A stretch of DNA of 32,000 nt from Desulfobulbus propionicus DSM 2032 (GTDB lineage: Bacteria > Desulfobacterota > Desulfobulbia > Desulfobulbales > Desulfobulbaceae): positions 930,001-962,000 of the forward strand of contig NC_014972.1 in NCBI RefSeq assembly GCF_000186885.1, in the 5' to 3' direction. This document shows, piece by piece, positions 27,909-32,000 of this stretch (the first letter of the stretch is position 1; the number at the start of each line of letters is the position of its first letter). The translations under genes and the position numbers were made by a program. The notes under the pieces are model-generated. The model worked only from the letters and a program-made list of their open reading frames with translations, was not told where the DNA came from and did no database searches.

Positions 27909-28235
27909 ATGCAACTGCTCAATCTGTATAACTGTCTGCCGACCTACCTGGTGATCGGCGCCCTGCTGTTCGCCTTTGGGGTCTACGGCATGGTGGTACG
28001 CCGCACGGTGATCGGCATGCTGATCTCGGCCGAGTTCATCCTCGCCGCCGCCTCGACCAACTTCATGGCCTTCAACCGCTTCTTGGCACCTGACCCGGTG
28101 GTCGGCCAGATTTTTACTCTGTTCATTATGGCCATTGCCGCCGCCGAGGCCGCCATTGCCGTCAGCATCATGATTGCCGTCTATCGTAATTACAAATCCA
28201 TCGAAACCGACGATCTGGTCGATCTGCAGGGGTAA
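27909..28235 (+). CDS. nuoK: Complex I subunit K
   Basis: 108 aa with 3 TM segments. It has the NuoK pattern GMLISAEFILAAASTNF… and IAAAEAAIAVSIMIAVYR, including the conserved membrane Glu residues. Confidence 0.92.
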   Translation: MQLLNLYNCLPTYLVIGALLFAFGVYGMVVRRTVIGMLISAEFILAAASTNFMAFNRFLAPDPVVGQIFTLFIMAIAAAEAAIAVSIMIAVYRNYKSIETDDLVDLQG

Positions 28236-28249
28236 CGGGGAGAATAATC

Positions 28250-29746
28250 ATGGACACCGTTGCCACCACCGCACATATCGTCGAAAACACCAACCTGTTG
28301 CTGGCGGTGATCATCCCGCTCTTCGCCAGCCTGGTGGTCATGACCCTGAAGAACCATCCGAACCTGCGCGAGTTTGTCTCGTCCAGCGCTTCGGTGCTGC
28401 TGTTCCTCATGGTCCTCTCCTTCATTCCGGCCCTCAAGGCGGGAGAAACACTCAAATATACGCTGTTCCAATTGCTGCCGGGTCTGTCGATCACCCTGCG
28501 CGCCGATGGCTTTTCCATGATTTTTGCGCTGGTCGCCTCGTCGCTGTGGATGATTGCCGTCTACTACTCCATGGGCTACATGCGGGCCCATGACGAGCCG
28601 TGCCAGACGCGGTTCAACGCCTGTTTCGCCTTGGCCATCTTCGGCGCCATCGGCGTGGCCTTCTCCGACAACCTCTTGACCCTGTACCTCTTTTACGAGA
28701 TCGTGTCGGTGTGCACCTATCCGCTGGTCGCCCATCATCAGGACGAGGAGTCCTACGAAGGCGCGCGCAAGTACATCGTGTACCTGACCACCACCGCCAA
28801 GTTCTTCCTCCTGCCGGCCCTGATTCTCATCTATGTGCTGTCCGGGACCCTGGATTTTCCGCATAACATCAACAGCGGCATCCTCCCCACCGACGCCACC
28901 GGCTGGGTGGTGACCATGCTCTATGTGTTCTGCATCTTCGGTTTTGCCAAGAACGGCGTCATGCCGTTCCACCACTGGCTGCCGGGTGCTATGGTCGCGC
29001 CGACCCCTGTTTCCGCGCTGCTGCATGCGGTGGCCGTGGTCAAAGTGGGCGTGTTCTGCACCACCCGTACCATGCTCTATGTTTTTGGCGTCGAGACTAT
29101 GGATCGGTTGAACCTCGGTATTCCCACCGCCTATTTTGTCGGCTTCACCATCATCGTCGCCTCGATGATCGCCCTGTCCAAGGACAACCTCAAGGCGCGG
29201 TTGGCCTATTCAACGGTCAGCCAGCTCTCGTACATCATCCTCGGCGTGGCGCTGCTGACTCCCCATGCCATCGAGGGCGGTCTGATCCACATCGTCAACC
29301 ACGCCTTCTCCAAGATCACCCTGTTCTTTTGCGCCGGTGCGATCTACATCGCCGCCCATAAGAAGTATATCTCGGAGATGAGCGGTCTGGGCCGGACCAT
29401 GCCCTTTACTTTCGGCGCCTTTGCCGTTGCCTCGCTGTCGATGATCGGCGCGCCGCCGGTGGCCGGTTTTGTCTCCAAATGGTATCTGCTGGTTGGCTCG
29501 ATGGAGGCCCATCAGGTGGGCATTCTCCTGATTCTCATCGCCTCGACCGTCCTCAATGTCGGCTACTTCGCGCCGGTGACCTACAAGGCCTTTTTCGGCA
29601 AACGGCCCAACGGCGAAGCCGAAACCGGCATCAAGGAGGCACCGCTCAGCATGCTCATTCCGCTGCTGATCGCGGTCACCGTGTCGGTGATCATCGGCGT
29701 GTATCCCAATTTCATGATGCAATTTGTCAGGATGGTGACAGGATGA
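28250..29746 (+). CDS. Antiporter-like proton-conducting subunit (NuoM/NuoN/MrpD family) in a non-canonical position between nuoK and nuoL
   Basis: 498 aa and polytopic. Family motifs are LYLFYEIVSVCTYPLV, PFHHWLPGAMVAPTPVSALLHAVAVVKVG and SQLSYIILG. It has no C-terminal lateral-helix extension. GGGGAGA lies upstream of the ATG. Confidence 0.85.
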   Translation: MDTVATTAHIVENTNLLLAVIIPLFASLVVMTLKNHPNLREFVSSSASVLLFLMVLSFIPALKAGETLKYTLFQLLPGLSITLRADGFSMIFALVASSLWMIAVYYSMGYMRAHDEPCQTRFNACFALAIFGAIGVAFSDNLLTLYLFYEIVSVCTYPLVAHHQDEESYEGARKYIVYLTTTAKFFLLPALILIYVLSGTLDFPHNINSGILPTDATGWVVTMLYVFCIFGFAKNGVMPFHHWLPGAMVAPTPVSALLHAVAVVKVGVFCTTRTMLYVFGVETMDRLNLGIPTAYFVGFTIIVASMIALSKDNLKARLAYSTVSQLSYIILGVALLTPHAIEGGLIHIVNHAFSKITLFFCAGAIYIAAHKKYISEMSGLGRTMPFTFGAFAVASLSMIGAPPVAGFVSKWYLLVGSMEAHQVGILLILIASTVLNVGYFAPVTYKAFFGKRPNGEAETGIKEAPLSMLIPLLIAVTVSVIIGVYPNFMMQFVRMVTG

Positions 29747-30021
29747 TCGCACTCATTGACTATCTCCAGGCCCGGTCGAAAACCGTGGTCACGATCTGCT
29801 GTGTCCTGTTGGCGGTGATCGCCTGCGGCTCCCTGCTGGTGGACACCCACCACGCCCATACCTGGGCGGAGCAGCATGTGCCGGCTTTCTGGTCGCTGTT
29901 CGGATTCGCCGCCGCCGCGATCATCATTGGCGCAGCCCGCTGGTTCGGCGGTTCCGGCATTCAGGCGCCGACCGATTTTTATGAACGCTCCACCTCAACG
30001 ACCTGCGAGGAAGAAGCATGA
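29743..30021 (+). CDS. Small two-TM protein translationally coupled to both flanking antiporter-like subunits
   Basis: The ATG at 29743 lies inside ORF 29479..30021 and gives 92 aa: MIALIDYLQARSKTVVTICCVLLAVIACGSLLV…FWSLFGFAAAAIIIGAARWF…EEEA. Its start overlaps the upstream stop (ATGA 29743-29746), and its stop overlaps the downstream start (ATGA 30018-30021). Confidence 0.6.
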   Translation: MIALIDYLQARSKTVVTICCVLLAVIACGSLLVDTHHAHTWAEQHVPAFWSLFGFAAAAIIIGAARWFGGSGIQAPTDFYERSTSTTCEEEA

Positions 30022-31808
30022 CCTCCAGTTTTATCCATCCCTCTGTGCTGCTGATCGTAGGCGCGCTGCTTTTACCCCTTGTTCAGGGGCCGTTGCGCAA
30101 ACCGTATCTCTTTTTGGTGCCGTTGCTGGCCCTGGGGGCGGTGGTCCTGAACACGACCCTGAGCGGCACCTTTGCCGTCATGCCCTTCCTCGACTGGCAG
30201 CTGGTACTGGGCCGGGTGGACAAACTGTCCACCGTTTTTGCCCTGATCATGGCGGTGATGGCGGTGATCGGTACGCTGTATGGCCTTCAGGTCGATCGGG
30301 CCGGCGAGCACATGGCCGCCTGGTTCTATGCCGCCGGGTCGCTAGGGGTCATTTATAGCGGCGACTACCTGAGCCTCTTTCTCTTCTGGGAGATGATGGC
30401 CTTTGCCTCGGTGTTTCTGGTCTGGTTCCGGCGCGGACCGCAATCGTTGCGAATTGGCTACCGCTATCTGCTCATCCACACCATCGGCGGCATTATCCTC
30501 CTGGCCGGCATTTTGTTGCGCTACCAGGCGGTGGGCAATATCACCTTCGATCTGATGGATGTGGCCCATCCCCAGCTGTACACCTGGTTGATCATGATCG
30601 GTTTCGGCCTCAATGCCGCCATGGTGCCGCTCCATTCCTGGCTGCCCGAAGCCTACTCCGAGGCCTCGTTCAACGGCGCGGTCTTCCTCTGCGCCTTCAC
30701 CACCAAGACCGCGGTCTACACCCTGGCCAGGGCCTGCGCCGGCATGGAGATTCTAGTGGTGCTTGGCGTGATCATGGCCCTCTACGGCGTCCTCTACGCG
30801 GTGATGGAGAATGACATCCGCAAGCTGCTGGCCTGGTCGATCGTCTCCCAAGTGGGCTACATGGTCGCCGGTATCGGCATTGGCACCGACATGGCCATCA
30901 ATGGCGCCGTCGCCCATGCAGTGGTCCATATTCTGTACAAGAGTTTGCTGTTCATGGGCACCGGCTCGGTGCTCTACATGACCGGCAAGACCAAGTTCAC
31001 CGAACTGGGCGGCCTGTATGCCAAGATGCCGGCCACCTTCTTCTTCACCATGATCGGGTGTCTGTCGATTTCGGCAGCCCCCTGTTTTGCCGCCTATGCC
31101 AGCAAGTCGCTGATCATCACTGCCGGTTTTGAGCAGCATCTCAACTGGGCGGCCTGGCTGTTGATGTTCGGCGCCACCGGCACCTTCATGTACAACGGCC
31201 TCAAATTGCCCTATTTTTTGTTTTTCGGCAAAAATAACTGCAGCCGGGAAACCTGGGAGAGGGCGGCTGATCCCGCCTGGAACATGCTCATCGCCATGAC
31301 CTTGGGGGCCACTCTCTGCGTGCTGGTTGGCACGGCGCCCGGTTTTCTCTATGCCTTGTTGCCCCATGCGGTGGACTATACCCCGCATACGATGTACCAC
31401 CTGATGGAAACTCTGCAGTTGCTCGGGTTTGCTGCCCTGGCCTTTTTCCTGCTCAAGCGCTTTGTGCAGCCGGTGGATCGTCTCTGCCTGGATGTGGATT
31501 GGTTGTACCGCAAGGCTGGCTGCGCTTTCCTGTGGCTGATCAAACGGCCATTACAGGCGGCCGATACCGCCTGGGGCGAGGCCTATCGGGTGGTCGGCAT
31601 TGATTCCTTGAAAACACTCAGCCGTTTTTGGAGTTGGTTCGACTGGCAGGTGATCGACGGCGTGGTTGACGGTCTTGCCCGCTCGGTGCGGGTCCTTGGA
31701 GGCAAGGTCCGCATCCTGCAGAGCGGCCAAATTCAGCTTACCCTGTATTACGCCTTTTCGCTTGCCGCCGTTGTTTTGGTAACCTTTATTTTTTTTCAGC
31801 TGCTTTAA
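30018..31808 (+). CDS. nuoL: Antiporter-like subunit with C-terminal lateral-helix extension (NuoL-like)
   Basis: 596 aa. The antiporter core has LFLFWEMMAFASVFLV, PLHSWLPEAYSEAS and SIVSQVGYMVAG. The C-terminal extension FDWQVIDGVVDGLARSVRVLGGKVRILQSGQIQLTLYYAFSLAAVVLV matches the NuoL/MrpA pattern of an amphipathic lateral helix plus a terminal TM (xIDGxVxGxA…LRxxQxG…Y). Confidence 0.75.
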   Translation: MTSSFIHPSVLLIVGALLLPLVQGPLRKPYLFLVPLLALGAVVLNTTLSGTFAVMPFLDWQLVLGRVDKLSTVFALIMAVMAVIGTLYGLQVDRAGEHMAAWFYAAGSLGVIYSGDYLSLFLFWEMMAFASVFLVWFRRGPQSLRIGYRYLLIHTIGGIILLAGILLRYQAVGNITFDLMDVAHPQLYTWLIMIGFGLNAAMVPLHSWLPEAYSEASFNGAVFLCAFTTKTAVYTLARACAGMEILVVLGVIMALYGVLYAVMENDIRKLLAWSIVSQVGYMVAGIGIGTDMAINGAVAHAVVHILYKSLLFMGTGSVLYMTGKTKFTELGGLYAKMPATFFFTMIGCLSISAAPCFAAYASKSLIITAGFEQHLNWAAWLLMFGATGTFMYNGLKLPYFLFFGKNNCSRETWERAADPAWNMLIAMTLGATLCVLVGTAPGFLYALLPHAVDYTPHTMYHLMETLQLLGFAALAFFLLKRFVQPVDRLCLDVDWLYRKAGCAFLWLIKRPLQAADTAWGEAYRVVGIDSLKTLSRFWSWFDWQVIDGVVDGLARSVRVLGGKVRILQSGQIQLTLYYAFSLAAVVLVTFIFFQLL

Positions 31809-31821
31809 GGGGAACGAGAGA

Positions 31822-32000
31822 ATGGATTTGTTACTCATCAAAGAGGGATTTCCCCTCCTCAGCTTCCTCATCTTCCTGCCGCTGGCCGGGGCAACGGTGC
31901 TGCTTTTTTTTCACGGTGCGTCCTTTGCCCGGATATGGGCGCTGTGCGTCACCTCGCTGACCGCCATCTGCTCTGTCCCATTGCTCATCGGCTTTGATCC
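31822..32000 (+). CDS. nuoM: Antiporter-like subunit, N-terminal fragment (NuoM-like; continues beyond window)
   Basis: My own translation from the ATG at 31822 (AAGGGGA upstream) gives MDLLLIKEGFPLLSFLIFLPLAGATVLLFFHGASFARIWALCVTSLTAICSVPLLIGFD. This resembles NuoM N-termini (…LSxLIFLPLxGAxxLL…FD). Only 59 codons are visible. Confidence 0.55.
   Translation, partial: MDLLLIKEGFPLLSFLIFLPLAGATVLLFFHGASFARIWALCVTSLTAICSVPLLIGFD

Noticed and set aside
24105-29752. Minus-strand ORFs within the nuo operon (e.g. 24105..24752, 24911..25729, 26815..27360, 28190..29026, 29210..29752, 30753..31400)
   Set aside because: These are antisense to nuo genes with clear subunit signatures and have shadow-ORF composition (H/G/R/D/Q-rich).

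Overview
Visibly GC-rich bacterial chromosomal DNA with short AT-rich intergenic islands. The gene content (a complex I operon without nuoEFG, a multihaem cytochrome c, a NirJ/Ahb-type radical SAM enzyme) suggests an anaerobic Desulfobacterota/deltaproteobacterial-type organism, but that is inference only. I can support 34 protein-coding genes. (i) 1-2721, minus strand: an OMF-MFP-RND efflux operon. (ii) 2932-3444: a small secreted repeat protein. (iii) 3525-9280: a long minus-strand run of beta-CASP MBL nuclease, VWA-like/OmpA protein, single-PAS protein, HD hydrolase, hemE and a radical SAM/SPASM enzyme. (iv) 9569-12760: Usp, PilZ, an orphan 369-aa protein, a small membrane ORF and a hexapeptide-repeat protein. 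(v) 12959-22021, plus strand: lon, mltG, a cold-shock gene, nadE, a 12-haem cytochrome c and a class-I aminotransferase. (vi) 22129-23121: a LysR regulator divergent from (vii). (vii) 23384 to the window end: nuoABCDHIJK, an extra antiporter-like subunit, a 92-aa TM protein, a nuoL-like gene and a nuoM-like gene cut by the window edge. I recognised no rRNA, tRNA, CRISPR array, transposase, integrase or phage-like gene, so this looks like core chromosome rather than an accessory island. The most noteworthy items are the non-canonical membrane arm of the N-module-less complex I cluster, the solitary membrane-anchored dodecahaem cytochrome, the hemE/radical-SAM/HD/PAS cluster, a secreted protein with strict 11-residue aromatic periodicity, and an orphan protein with unusual back-to-back gene geometry. 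Many long ORFs in the supplied track are antisense shadows of real genes, as is typical of GC-rich DNA. Several real genes start downstream of the ORF-track start, and I give the start I prefer in each case.
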